A stretch of 64,000 nucleotides of DNA from Azolla caroliniana (GCA_043228905.1 JBHGNT010000004.1:2728001-2792000), one strand, 5' to 3'; shown: positions 50,147 to 64,000, numbered from the stretch's first letter. The notes: generated from the sequence alone by a model not told the origin. A program made the numbers and translations.

Positions 50147-51665
50147 CATCGATCATGACCATATGCTTGAATGCAAGTTCTCCGATATCTACATTTCCCC
50201 ATTTTTGGCAAGCACCAAGCAAAGAAGACCAGACAGGAAGATGGTTGGGCATCAACATTTTTCTAATAACTGCTACCGCTTTATCAAAATGACCAGCTCG
50301 GCTAAAAAGACCCACCATGCAAGCATGATGTTCAGATGTAGGGAAGATGCCATAAGTCATGCTCATAAGATCAAAATACATTTGGCCCTTCTCCAAAACA
50401 CCAGAGTGCCCACATGCATGAAGCACTACAGTGAATGTGACCAAGTCTGGTTTTATACCTTCTTCTATCATCTTATTGAATAATTGAATAGCCATATCAT
50501 CCTCTCCAACATTCCCATATCCAGCAATAAGAGCTGTCCATGAGATCACATTTTGAACTTCAAGCTCTGAAAACACTTCCAGTGCCATGGATGGTTCACC
50601 GCATTTCGCATACATATCTATCAATGCTGAGCCGATGGTGTGTTTATCTCTGAGAAAACTTTGTCCCAGGATTTCCATGTGTATTCTTTTTCCCAGACCA
50701 ATGGTTCCTATGTTACCACAATCTTTCATAATTGAAAGAAAGGTGACATCATTAGGGAAGACACCCTCTTGCTTCATTTGCTCAAAAGAATAAAGACCCT
50801 TCTTCTTAATAACACCATGCCTGAAAAATGCCGTCCAAGAGACAACATCCCGTACACATAGTCCATCAAATATTTCTTCAGCTTCCGAAATATAACCAAA
50901 TCTCATATACATATCCACTAAAGCATTGCCAACTGAATGATGTTTATCGAGAAAACCTTCTCTAGAGACCATATCATGTATTTGTTTGCCTTTCTCATAT
51001 GCGCCGATGTGACCACTTGCTTTCAAAGCATAGATAAAGGTGGCCACATTAGGTGTGATCTGGCTGATTTGCATTCTTTCAAAACAATTTAGTGCCTCCT
51101 CATATAGAGCATTTTGAATATACCCCCTTATCATCACATTCCAACATACCACATCAACCGCTTGAATTTTGTCAAACATTCCTCGTGCTCTTGCTAGTTC
51201 ACCACATTTGGCATACATATCTACCAACACAGTTCTGATCAAAACATCCTTTTCCAGAAATTCCTCATGAATAATCCCTCCATGTATTTCTTTGCCCATA
51301 TTGAGTGCTTTCAAGCTACAGCATGCTTTCAAGATAGACATAAAAGTTACAACATTCGGAAATATTCCTTCCTGTCTAACTTGCCTAAAACAAGCCATTG
51401 CTTCTTGACCATATCCACTTTGTTCATAACCTGTGATAAGTGAATTCCAGAAGACTATAGTCCTAACATTGAGCTTATCAAGTACTTCTTGAGCTTTTGA
51501 GAATGCACCACATTTGGCATAGAAGTTTAGTAAGGTGAAATCAACATAGCTACCATGTTCAAGCAACCCCACTCTAAGAAGATAAGCGTGTATTCTAGAT
51601 CCTTTTGCCAAATCTTTTTGCCTAGTACAATTCTTTAATTCCTGGCACCATTTCGATAAATGCAT
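50091..51665 (-). CDS. PLS-class pentatricopeptide repeat protein ending in a truncated E domain (organellar RNA-editing-factor type)
   Basis: P-L-S triplets (WNSLITGY / PNVVTFMSILKAC / LVDMYAKCG); E1 VWSSLLGAC; ends AYVSMSNIYKGRE with no DYW. First in-frame ATG at 51665. Confidence 0.93.
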   Translation of the reverse strand: MHLSKWCQELKNCTRQKDLAKGSRIHAYLLRVGLLEHGSYVDFTLLNFYAKCGAFSKAQEVLDKLNVRTIVFWNSLITGYEQSGYGQEAMACFRQVRQEGIFPNVVTFMSILKACCSLKALNMGKEIHGGIIHEEFLEKDVLIRTVLVDMYAKCGELARARGMFDKIQAVDVVCWNVMIRGYIQNALYEEALNCFERMQISQITPNVATFIYALKASGHIGAYEKGKQIHDMVSREGFLDKHHSVGNALVDMYMRFGYISEAEEIFDGLCVRDVVSWTAFFRHGVIKKKGLYSFEQMKQEGVFPNDVTFLSIMKDCGNIGTIGLGKRIHMEILGQSFLRDKHTIGSALIDMYAKCGEPSMALEVFSELEVQNVISWTALIAGYGNVGEDDMAIQLFNKMIEEGIKPDLVTFTVVLHACGHSGVLEKGQMYFDLMSMTYGIFPTSEHHACMVGLFSRAGHFDKAVAVIRKMLMPNHLPVWSSLLGACQKWGNVDIGELAFKHMVMIDEKVAEAYVSMSNIYKGRE

Positions 51666-54600
51666 AGTGCAAACTCTATTTCTTACCAGAAACAAGCAGT
51701 AAAAACATCATACTGATTTATCCTTATTCAGCATCAACAGAGGAAAATGGATTATTTTTTATCCTTTTTTCTTCTTCATTCCATTCGGAGAGCTTCTCTG
51801 AAAAAAAATATTCATAGAATTTAGCCTTCTCGTTGTCATAGTCATCATATATCACTTGCATGCCCTCTGCTCTCTCGCATGGCATTAAATTACTTCAGCT
51901 AAAACATTATATACATGAGCTATATCACACAAGACAAGTGCTGGTGGCTTCACAAGGTGTGAAAAGGCGCAATGTTGCCCCAATGATAAGTGGTTTCTCA
52001 TGGAAAAAGTTAGGCGCCACTATATGAGACATACAATATATCCATAGCTCATATTCCCAAGATGAGCAAGCAAAATTTGGGCACGGTGTTGACATGATGA
52101 ATGGTTGGTTAGAGGAAGCTAGGGGGTTGCTAGCAAGAGGTAGAGCAAGGAAGGAAAGGATAAGTCATATTGCAACATATAATTACATTATGTTCTCTGT
52201 TTATTGGCTTGTATACCTCTCTTGCACAAATAGGCCATTTGCATGACTTATATATACATATATATGTGTTACATGGTAGGTCGCTATCCAGATGTTTAGC
52301 TTTTAACGACCTATAGGTTGGCTACTCCACCAATAGTCACTATCATACCAATGGATTGTTCCTTTAACCCAATGATTTCCACCACCTTGTCCAGCTCTAA
52401 TAGAACCCTCAAACTAACTATTACTAATAATAAACTCTTAGAGAACCCATTATTTTAGAGTTTTGCAAAACCTATAAGATATTGTATTTAGTTAGTACAA
52501 ACCTATGCCACATCATACTCATAAATATGCCTTTTGCAAGTCAGCACATCTATTAATACATTGAAGCTAATAGCTTCTGCACTTGTATCCAAATTTATAC
52601 AAGCAAAGAATTTATACAAAGAACAAAATAGCTTTTGTCAAAGAAAGCTTGCAATGTCAATCTACTTTGTGAAAATTTTCAGGTGAGTAAAGGTTGAGCT
52701 TAGCTTTAATTTCGCAAATGGACCTTTGTAAACGTTTGTGGAGTGTGTTTCAAAAAGACACAAAGGTAGCAATGTCTCGTTCATGCAATTTGCAATTAGG
52801 ACACATGGTTCAAGTTGCCAATGTTACAGTCTATAGACATAATTCGCAGCTGCTTTTGGGGCTTCCAAAACAGAAGCTCCGTGAAATTTGCATGTTGATG
52901 GGGTAGTATCAACCATAGTGTGAGTGGACCCCTCAAGTGAACGCAACAGAAACAGCATTAATAGAGCTATGATCAGATTTATCGGGCACATGGTTACAAT
53001 CATTAACAAAAGAATGGCAATGGATGACAGTAAGAAAAAGAATGGAAATTAATGACAGCTCATGAAGTTGCTCTTTTCTAGGTCCTGTAAACAACACTCA
53101 AACCTTACTGCTACAGATATCATCAACCTGGCCACCAAATTTTGATCTTTGTATACATCATTTATTATTCCATAACCAGGTAAGGCAAACCTGCATATTG
53201 GGCTCAAAACGGACTTCACTTTCCTTAGATCTGAATTATTTGAAAATGGAGATAGCATCACAATCTTCATCACATCCAAATGATTTATGAATGTATGGAT
53301 ATGGTATTGTGCTGATACTTACAAATGGATGGATCTTCGCATGGAATATGTACAAATAGTAAATTTCCCAAACAATAAGCAAGCCCTGTTATTATGGTGC
53401 ACCAAGAAGACTTGATTGATCCTCAACTCCTAGTGCTTTTTATTTTAGTCCAAAGAGTGATGGCTGTCTTCTGACCATGATGTTGGTGCCTCCACCATCA
53501 GAACCTAAATCCTGATGCATGGATATTTGTTTTGTTTGAATCTTTTGATGTAGAAACTGAATATCAAAAGAATCGAGTATCTCGAAATCAGTTTCGTTCT
53601 TATTATCATCAGCCACAGTATCTTTTGGTGTCACTGCCAGAAATAGCAGTTCACCCGGAATCACCGTTGCTGAGGTTAGGGTTTGACCTTGGGTTGGTTG
53701 ATGATTCAACATATACTTGGGAGGTGCTTTTGCCTATCATCAGTCACTCGAAACAAGTGATTGGACCTGAAATGAATACAAGATATTCTTAATAAACACA
53801 CCACAAAAACTGAATTCAACAACTACTGACTCTTCATAGCTTTTCACTCAGCGAAAAATGATTTCTAAAAGCCTAGCAATTTCAAACTCCTCAATTCAAA
53901 TATTATAAAGCTTTAAGCTGAAAGTGATGGATGCTTACCACAATATGACAGGTCACTGCGTTCACGTATTTCTTCAGTAAGTTTTTGTTGCATGGCAGCC
54001 AATGTTCTGTGGCACAGACTTTGATAACCCCACCAGTTGACTACTAAAATGAACCCAGTTCTGGTCTACAGATTGTGAATGCTTACAGAAGACGGGCTCC
54101 TGTGTATTTTATACATATAGTCTGTACCCTGAGAACAATGATAATGTAATAGTTATTACTCAAACACCCCGACATAAATACAGTTTTGGGTGCACGCACA
54201 CATTCATAAAATTTGACATAAGGATTAATCTAAAAACACCCCAACATAATCTGAAACTTGAAACTCAGCAAAACACCAGCATATATCACCACATTATATA
54301 TATTTTTTATGTTACCTAAACATGTGACTTCCAACAAATTATGGTTAATTGAACCATGTAAAACAGAACTGGCTTGGATAAATTTGTTTTTCTTTATTAG
54401 CATTTAAAATTAGTCAGTTTCATCTGACTCTGGTGAAAACGGTCAAGATAATCCTAAAAGTTACACATCATAAGATTTAATTAAGCGAGTACCCAATAAC
54501 TTTGGAATTCCATCATTTGTATACAGTTTTATTCGATGACTCCTTGTTCAGATAGAAACTTGAGGATCAGAGGTTTATGAGGTAATTCAACCTCAGCGAT

Positions 54601-56399
54601 TCAAATATCAGTTCCAAATTTGGCATATGACTATTGGATGCTAAACTTTGAGAAAGAATGGGAGAATACGGGCTATGTCATTGGGGTATCGTCAAAGAGA
54701 GAAACAAATCTGATGCTTGCACATATTCCATTCCAGGCTGTGCCATTGGCATATAGTTAGAGAGAAAGAGATAATTGAAAACAAAATTTAATAAAAAAAC
54801 AGATCAAAATAGCAGGCTTCCAGTAGATTTACCAAAAAAGAAACACAAATACATCTAATCTTCAAAACTTATGTCTCACTCAATATGAAAACACAGATGT
54901 AACGAAATAAAGTGAACAGTTATCCTCAGTTGAATATTGAGATTCAAGTCTAAACGAATGTGAGGAAGACAGCTCTTCTCCATCACATGATGCCGAATCA
55001 AGAGCCTCCTCTCGTACTGATATCGACAACATGTCCACAACTGCTCAAATTTTGGCTTGCTAGAGTTCAGTGCTGAGAAGCGTATGTAAGCTGGATACAG
55101 GTATCCAAAACATATATGGAAAAAAGAGAGAAAGCATAAATAATCAACATGCCATGGTTCAGCCAGGAAATAGATGCCTAAATTCACAGTTTCCTATCAT
55201 TTGTTCACAAAGAAAACAGATTATATGAAAGAAAATGTAATTTACATAGAATTCTTAATAACAAGTCAATTAGATGAAATTGCATGGAAATTCGCACAAC
55301 ACGTGCAAAATCATGAGAAGAAGAATTCCATCTTCTCAAAAATTGAATTCTAAACAAATTCAAACTGTGATCTGGTTCTCATGTAAGAAGAGATATCTCT
55401 CACCCACGAGAGGCTGTGATTAAACAAGATGTTTCATGAGATTGAGGAATCAATGAAAAAGATTCGATCTTTCATGGAAAGTCATGAGATGTCATTGACG
55501 GAAAGGCAGTGAACTTACATAGATATTCTGAACAAGAGGTCCATCAGGTGAAACCGCAGGAAGTCTATGAAAGAAACCGATTAGAGTAACAATTACTGGA
55601 AGCCCTCAAGAAGTCCTGCAAAGAGAAATTGTTGACATCTCCTTCATGATGATGTTGATGATGATGATGATGAAGCTCGAGCTTTGATGAAGAAGAAGAT
55701 GATCATGATCATAATAATCATGATGGTGATGATGATCAAGCTTTGATAATGATGATGATGAAGAAGGTGATGATGACGAAGACGACGACCACGACGATGA
55801 TCAAGCTTCAATAATCATGATGATGAAGACAAATCGATAATAATGACAATAATTAAATAAGAGAAAGAAGCTAGACACGCCGATGCACAAACCAATCCTT
55901 GGGGATGGTTCTTTTCTTCTTCGCTATATTTCTTGATTGCTTTTGGTATTCGTCCACCTTTGTTCAAATACAAGAAATGAATTCCTCTTTTCTTTTTGTT
56001 GGCCATCAATTGATATCAACAAGGACACTTGCTAAGCTTAATTAAAATTGGGGAGAGATTGAGAGAAAAAGAGAGATTATTGTTAGCATATGGCATTCCA
56101 ATAGTAGTATCATTATGTGGTTTTTATATAACTTTCTACTCAAGCATCCTTTTTAATGTTCTTTGCCTCATTGTGACCCTTGTTCAAAGAACTTCCCGAT
56201 GCCTACTCCCAATTGCATTTCATGGTGGCTACGAAAATATGGGAGGGAAATTATCGTCATTTCAAGTTTGATTTCAATCCATGTTATGATGTCTGATATG
56301 ATAACAGAAAGATGCTTGTAGATGGGTGTGGTGGTGATGAGATTGTGAAAATTTCAAAAGGCAAAAAATGGATTGATTTTATAGATTATGGGAAGACAT

Positions 56400-57900
56400 T
56401 ATATGTTCAATTGTTGGTGAGATATACATCGTTGGGGATGATTTTGATGTTGATAGTTATCATGATTTGTTTAATGCTTTGATTTTTTATTTTATCAATA
56501 AAATGAGTACGATGTTAAGGATTGTGCAAACGTGGATTTTGTTGAGATGGTGATGGAGAACAAGTCTATATGTTAGCAACATTTGACAAGTTTTTTATGA
56601 TCATGGTGTTATTTTGTATTCTATTTATAAACTTTCCTTGGTTTCATGGATTAAAGTTCCATAGTATGAACCATACGTGCATTCGCATTTGCGAATGTTT
56701 CAACCATTCATGTAAGAAAAACACTCTCAAAGAATGATAAATACCATACTTTTGGATTAACTATTTATTATGAGGTAAATAAGCCTAAAAAATAAAATAA
56801 AATAAAAAATAAAAAACATTAAAAAAATGGGGAAAAAACAAAATAAAAAACAGAAGAATGTTTTAATAACATTCACATTCATTTTCCAACGTAGGAAAAC
56901 AAATGTTATGCTAGACGAACACGAATTTTACATACTATGGATTAAACGATGGTTGATTTCATTTATAATACCTAATTGTGTTGAGCATGATATGCGAGTC
57001 CATGAGGTTTTGACAATGTGGTTATATCACCAGAACATCTAGCTACCTTGATGACAAATGTCCCAATCTTTTTTTAAAGAAAATTAATGCATGTGATTGA
57101 ATGGGTTATTGTGGTCGATTAATGATTTATTGAAATAATAATGTCCAATTTGGATGACTGTTGATTGGAATAACTCATTATATCAAGAATCATTATTAGA
57201 ATTCATGTCTTAAATTGATAAAGTTTTGGTTGCTCCCATGCTAATTCTTTGAACAAATGTAGTAGACTTTACATGTTATGGGACTCGCGTTACAAATTTC
57301 CAGGATGGTTGCATATAGATACATCTAAATTTGGTTTATTCCATTTCAAGCATTAGTTGGCGGCATTTACAAGACATTGTTTTGAATGTGGTCAATTAAG
57401 GCATTTTTTGGTTGAATACCAATATAATAATGAACCATCAACAACTATACTAGAAAAAAGGATATATAAGGAAGATGTTAAGAGGAATATTGTTTTATCA
57501 ACAATTGATATGGTCATGGATGAGGGAACATCTCATGAGATGGAGCACGATTTAAAAGCTCATGGTCGTGGAAGTGTTAATAGAATACAAACTAGCATAA
57601 CATACGTCGTTGAAAATCAAGAGCTGCACAAGTGCAATACAAGGTAAAAGAGAAGGGTGTCACCATGCAAAGGGATAGAGTACGTATTAATGGCCATGCA
57701 TTACCAAAAGGTAACTCAAGCATGGAGGGCTTTAAGAGATCTCTTTGCCTAAAACATATGCAAAATTAGAGATTGTTTAACTAGCTACAATTTGATTCTT
57801 CAAGAATGGTGGTGGGACCTCAATTTAATCAAGGATTTTGTACTCATGGGGCTAGACAACAAACTTCTACAAGCGGAGAGGATGTAGTACATGCAAACCC
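56400..57900 (+). pseudogene. LINE ORF1 relic
   Basis: Knuckle CFECGQLRHF and resemblance to ORF1 at 13045-13956. Boundaries approximate. Confidence 0.65.
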
Positions 57901-57969
57901 TTATGTAATACTTGAACAAGTAATTAGTACATTTATCTAAATTTGGCTCATAAAGAGAAACAATATTAG

Positions 57970-59470
57970 CATCCTCCCTAACACATCCACGACCAAGAGC
58001 TTTAAAATCTCAATCCACTTCATGAGATGTTCCTTCATCCCAAGATAATATTCTTCGTAGCATCTTCTTTATCTTATTCTCTAATATAGCCATAGAATGC
58101 CCAATTGATCACATTTAAAACAATGTCCTACAAAAGTCTCCCACTAAAGCTTAAAAGGAAATTGACCAAATCAAGATATATCTATACTCAACTAACCCAA
58201 AGGTTTGCAAACTATATACCATAGCATGAAAAATCTACATTTATTTGTTATCCGTGAGATTGTAAGTGTATGAGTGTCTAAGTGATAGTACGTGGATAGA
58301 TAAGTGTAAAGTCTTTGTATTAAAAGTCATGTTATAAGTGTGCAAGAATAAGTGTGAGTATATTATATGTGTAAACACATGCACATTTATGTGAATGTGT
58401 GCAAAAATGAGAGTGTTGTAAAGTGAGTCTAGGTTGTTAGAAGGTTATGTAACTAACCCACAAGACTCATTGGATGTTCTTGAATTGTGATCCTCATGAA
58501 ATGTATCTATATAACCCCACTATAGGGGACATGGATAGTAGTAATTTTTGTCTCTCAATAATTGTGTCACTCTTCTCTTTCTCCCTCTCTTTCTTCTTCA
58601 CGTTCAACCCCTTGGGAGGCAAAAATAACTTCTATCCATGTCCCCTATGGTGGGGTTATATAGGTACATTTCATGAGGATCACAATCCAAAAACATTCAA
58701 TGAGTCTTGCGGGTTAGTTACATAATCCTCCAATAACCTAAACCCACTTTACAACACTCTCATTTTTGCACACATTCACATAAATGTGCATGTGTTTACA
58801 CATATAATATACTCACACTTACTCTTGTGCACACTTCCACACACTTACAACATGACTTTTAACACAGACTTCACTTATCTATCTACGTACCATCACTTAT
58901 ACACTCATACACTTACAATCCCACAGATAACATTATTTAAAGAATTAGCATAGTTGCAACCAAACCTTTATTAATATAATACATGAATTCTAATAATGAT
59001 TCCTAAAACAATGATTTACTATAACCAATAATTACCCAAACTAGGCATTGTTGTTTCAATACATCATTAGAATCGACCACAAGAACTCATTTCATCACAT
59101 GTCCTAATATTTGCTTAAAAAGATTGGTACCTTTGCCATCAAAGCAAAACTCCATGTTCTAACAACTGGAAAACCTCATCATCAAAACCTCTTGGACATG
59201 CATATGCATGCTCAACACTAATAAGCATTATAAATTAATTTAAACATTAGTTAATCCATGCAATCAAAGGAAGTTAACAAATTGAATACAAAATAAAACC
59301 AGGGTCATAAAACTCGTCAAATACTGCCAACATAGACTTGGTCTCCATCACCATCTCCTCAACATCCTCTTTTGCACAATCCTTAGCATCTTTTTTGTTT
59401 TGTTTGATCAATTAAAAATGAAGAGCATTAATAAAATCACAATTATCAACATTATAATCATCCCCAGCTC
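57970..59470 (-). pseudogene. Second LINE ORF1 relic in opposite orientation, interrupted by a foldback element
   Basis: Reverse-complement similarity to 56400-57600, e.g. GAACATCTCATGA/TCATGAGATGTTC and GAGATGGTGATGGAGA/TCTCCATCACCATCTC. Confidence 0.6.
58246..58932. mobile_element. 687-bp foldback element with TG...CA ends and a 5-bp TSD
   Basis: Arms ~58246-58549 and ~58621-58932 are reverse complements. TTATT on both sides (58241-58245 and 58933-58937). Confidence 0.9.
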
Positions 59471-60411
59471 TATCTTCACAAGAAGGTTTCAAAAATCTTT
59501 ACGAACAAGCTTCGCAAAGAACCAATGAAAGTCAAAATTGGATGCTTGAATGCAATATTACATCAAAAATACATTACAACACTACTATTGGAACGGCATC
59601 AATAACACTCTCATCTCTTTCAATACATCTAGCCTCTCTTGAGCACTAACTACAAGGCCAATATAGCTAAGATGTTATGCCATGTGCTCTACTTAGGGCA
59701 CCTTCATAGCACAACACTAGTTACAATACTTCCCTTTCATTCAATGCTTCGTGGAAATTCAAATCCTCTTCTATTGTGGATCTTTACTCCCACTTGAATC
59801 ATCATGGGGTGTAGGTTCTTCTTTGTTCCCTTTCACCTGATCCTAACCCACTAATGTGGAAACATTCCACGAAGAGGGCCACAAATCTCCAAACTTGTAG
59901 ATATGCTTGACTAAAGGGGGGTTTCTTTGACCGACTAAATTCTGCCACCATGTACCTTTCCTTGTTCAAATCTAAGAGAACCGCAAACTATGCTCACTTC
60001 TTCACAATGTCAGATTGCTCAAACACTCAATGCCGCAATTATCTACACTAGGAATTGTCAAATATTGTTCAACAATTATCGAACTTTTCAAGTAGCGTAC
60101 ATGCTACAAGATTCCATGAATATATTCTTCCAAATCGGGTCAGAGCCATAAATACAACCATTTAACCTATTGCATGATATACATATAATATGGAGCAATA
60201 TTACCATGCAATTCAATTGGATGTTATGTTGTATGGAACAATACTCTATTGCAAATTATTTATTTAAAATATTTATAGATTAATTACTCTTTAAGGTTTT
60301 GATCACATGGAAATACGTTGTGACCAACATGTTTTGCTCAAGCAATTCATGCAAGATACTCTTAGTGATTGGTCTAACAGGCATGCTGGCTCGCTGGAAC
60401 ATAGATGTAGC

Positions 60412-61042
60412 CATAGATTGACACATGCGTGATATTCGTGTTATTCTCCATGCGCAATATTCTCAATATTCGAGAATACAAAATGGCCCCAAGAATATTA
60501 AAAAACCGTTCGTTTTGTAAAATAAATATAAAAAATTATTTATTTATTTAAATAAATGTATTTCACCAAAAAAACAATTATTCATTAATAGATTATAGTG
60601 TCAAGAGAGTTTATGAAACTTATTTTAATTAATTAATTTTTTTTAAATGAATATTTTTATATTTATTATACAAATATGATTACTATTAGTATGAACTTTG
60701 AAGATATAATTAGTTTGAAGTACCATTTTTAATGTCAAGATAAAAATATCCATAAATTTTGAGGAAATAAAAAGTGAGAAATTAATCAGCCTTTATTTTA
60801 TTTTATTTATTTATTAAAAATAAAACGACTATACATTTATTATAAATTTTTAGTAGTGTCAAGTCCCAAAAGTCCCTCTTTCATTATCCCTATTTATTGT
60901 TAAGTTCTTTTTTTTTTTATCTTAGGAATTTTTTTTTTTTTTTGGGGGGGGGGGGTTAAACGAATACTTGACTAACCATTCGTATTCGTATTCGTTTGCA
61001 TTCGAATGGGAAACCCCACGAATGCGAATATGTCAATCTATG
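60412..61042. mobile_element. hAT-type MITE
   Basis: TIR CATAGATTGACA...TGTCAATCTATG; 8-bp TSD GATGTAGC at 60404-60411 and 61043-61050; AT-rich non-coding interior. Confidence 0.9.
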
Positions 61043-63347
61043 GATGTAGCTTGCATTGGGGGTTGAATTAATCATTGAGAGTTGTGGCCAAAGACGTGGG
61101 TTTTGATAGTGTTAGCATTAGATTCAAACACCATAAGAATTGAATGAACACATTGGCCACATAATTAAGTGAACTTAATAGACTTATACCTCCACATCCG
61201 AGGACACAATAAAAGGGAGATGGTCTAGTCAATTGTCCCAATAGTAATGAAGATGTCAATGACACAATCATGACAGCCAATACATCCACAAGATCCCATC
61301 ACAGGGCATACATAGAATCCTTTTCTCTAATATTCGATTGAGAAAATGATTTGATTGAGAAATCATGAATAAAGTCTACCTGAACTCAATTCATGCACCC
61401 ATGAGCCTGTAGCTTTGAATTTTGCTGATGATTTTAGAAGCCAAATAGCATGCATTTCAAGCATATTTCAATATGAAATACATTTTTAACTAAAAAGGTA
61501 GAGACCATGTATTTTATAAAATTATTTCTATGCATGAAGCAAGGTGAAGGATCATTTGATCGGGAACTATGTCCATGGTTCAGCCTTGTGAAAAACACCC
61601 AATCAAGGGCAAACACACAAGGTAGTGAGGAAACATCCACATAACGAGTGATATGCAAAGGACAAGTGAACTTGTGTAATGTGGTCACATAAAAAGAGTT
61701 AGCAAATTATCCAAAATAATGAGCGCAATCATAATTTGGAGCTTAGTAATTCGAAGGACTGTTTGCACACAAACATAGCTGTCATTTTTAGAAAAGAAAA
61801 TGCCAAATTAAATCTTAAAATGGCCATATGAACACATACATGTCACCAAATTCAAGACCACAATTCGAAATGTCAAGCTAATCAACAGCAAAAACAATAA
61901 GTACCTGATAGATCATCACGTTTGGGCTCGAAGTGTATTCTTTAAGAAATCACCGAAACAGTTCTCTATTATAGAAAAGCACCTTTGATGTTTTCCTAAG
62001 CATATGTCCAGTTTCATTGCAATCAATATTGATAGAACAGTAGTTGTTGTGTTCTCAAGCCTTGTTTCTGTCTCATCCCTAGTTACCTCCAATGGTCTGC
62101 TGATGTGTTTAACCTGGAACGCCACCACAAAATTCAACACACACACGGTGAACAATTACCATCCAATCAAAAGAGTTCAAATGTAAAGGCGTTGATGTTA
62201 ATATTCCCAACCTTGGAAGCATTAACCACTGTCTCACTCTCAAGAAAGATAGAATTTTCTTCCAGGTTAAATTTTCCCTTCCCCATCACCAAGAAAGATG
62301 CAACTGAGCAAATGGTATAGAGCCATCTATGTAATATGCATTATTACATTTTACATCTAGCTTATACATATTTTCAAACACATGTGCATAGCTTCAAGAA
62401 GCTCCTTGATTGCTTGGGGTTGCATCCATAACATTCTCCAATTACTACATACATCCTTCATAAATAGAGGCAATCTTTTTCCTGATACGATTTACAAGAT
62501 ATAATGTTCTCTCCATTTAGTGCGGCTAACAACAAGATATAAGACTACTCGTCTACTTCTTTGCACAGTATGGCTTTACATTACAACATCATTTTGCCAC
62601 AAGTAAACAACAACAATTGTTATTTGGGATCGCTCTATATTCATGTTAAGTTTCCCCAGTAGTAACAAAACTGTTAAGCTATGTATTTGCATAGTGTGCA
62701 TGTTTCCAGCTTAAGTGTTTGCTCAACAAAAAAAGGTATGTATAGAACTTCTTGACCTAATGCTTCATCTCAATTTGGTTAAATCTTGCAAGCATTCAAC
62801 AACTATTCACAAAAGCATACAATAACTGACAAGGCACTCAAATTTTCACATATAGTAGTATTGCACCTGAACTTCAGCAAGACCCATGATTTGTGCAATA
62901 ATTACTTGAACAGACCATCAGTGTTAATTTTCCAGCACTTTCTGCATGTGTGGTTCTCCAGAAGACCACTTCCATGTTTTTTCTGTATAGGTCATCACTG
63001 CTGCATATTCACGATGTAAATGTGCAGTTAGATAATTCCAAATATGTAAGCGTACTCTTGAATCAACCAAACCTATAATCAAGGTACTTTTATGCTGAGA
63101 TAATTGCTATAATATTTAGCAAAAAGAAAAAACAGTATGAAGCAAAGATTGATCATGTGAAACTTACTCTGTTGTTTAAATTATCTCTAAGAATAGGTAG
63201 CTAAGCTTGTATTTCATTGATATTTCCAGGGTTGGGATTTTCATTTTGCAATGTTAAGAAGCACTTTAGAATACCATGAGATTTCTCATATACCCAATTT
63301 GATCAGTATACTCTTGGACTTATGTTGAAGGAATATACTCTTCCAAA

Positions 63348-63657
63348 CACAATTCAAGAAGAAAATAGAAAATCCCGCCTTTTCCTCCTACTCCACACTA
63401 TGCACCGAATCGGAAAGACAAAGGAACACACAAAAGATGAACCAACCCCCATGGAAAACACAGTTCCTGACAAAAGTCTACGATCTTTGGGCTCTGTGTT
63501 CTCCATTCACAATTCAAGAAGAAAATAGAAAATCCCACCTTTTCCTCCTACTCCACACCATGCACCGAATCGGAAAGACAGAGAACTAGCAGAAGATGAA
63601 CAACCCCCCATGGAAACACAGTTCTTGACAAAAGTCTTTGGGCTCTGTGTTCTGCAT
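63348..63657. repeat. ~160-bp tandem duplication
   Basis: CACAATTCAAGAAGAAAATAGAAAATCCC begins at 63348 and at 63508. Confidence 0.9.
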
Positions 63658-63684
63658 CCAAGCATACATTGTTACATACCGATA

Positions 63685-63685
<1 letters not shown>

Positions 63686-63715
<30 letters not shown>

Positions 63716-63725
63716 TGTATGTATG
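63686..63725. repeat. (TATG)n microsatellite
   Basis: Direct reading. Confidence 0.93.
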
Positions 63726-64000
63726 TGTAAAGTACATTGGTCGCTCAGCCTAAGGCACATGCGATTTGCACCGTCTGATGTGGGGGGGGAAAAAACACGT
63801 GAAGAAATCGTCACTTATTTGGGGAGCCCGACTAGGAGCCCCCCTCCACTGTCTGACAGCCTCTGTACCTAGGAGGCCGACTCTGTCAAAAGGAGCCCCG
63901 CTCATTATTAATGAACACTGACTATAAAAACCCTGAATCACTCATTTTGAACCTATTTTGAAAAGAGAGTTTTAGGGTATTTGGAGGGAAGAATCAGAGA

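Noticed and set aside
52900-53800. Short minus-strand ORFs as an additional gene
   Set aside because: No recognisable domain or consistent exon chain.

Overview
This is a repeat-dense land-plant nuclear region; a seed-free plant such as a fern is an inference from gene and TE style. The first 35 kb is a nest of transposons: a truncated Ty3/Gypsy pol, a LINE interrupted by a young chromovirus and by an 8.6-kb terminal-inverted-repeat (TIR) DNA transposon, and a decayed chromovirus filled with tRNA-Trp-primed LTR elements. The right half holds two host genes (an LRR-extensin and a PLS-class PPR), LINE relics and two MITE-like foldbacks. The standout is the TIR element at 14016-22606. It carries a Sola-like DDD transposase and, divergently, a six-exon gene fusing a ParB/Srx-like domain to a bacterial-type beta-class amino (6mA/4mC) DNA methyltransferase. 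Intron 1 of that gene holds a CpG-rich double palindrome reminiscent of a parS loading site. This copy is disabled by nonsense changes. All family calls were made by eye from motifs; no database search was run.
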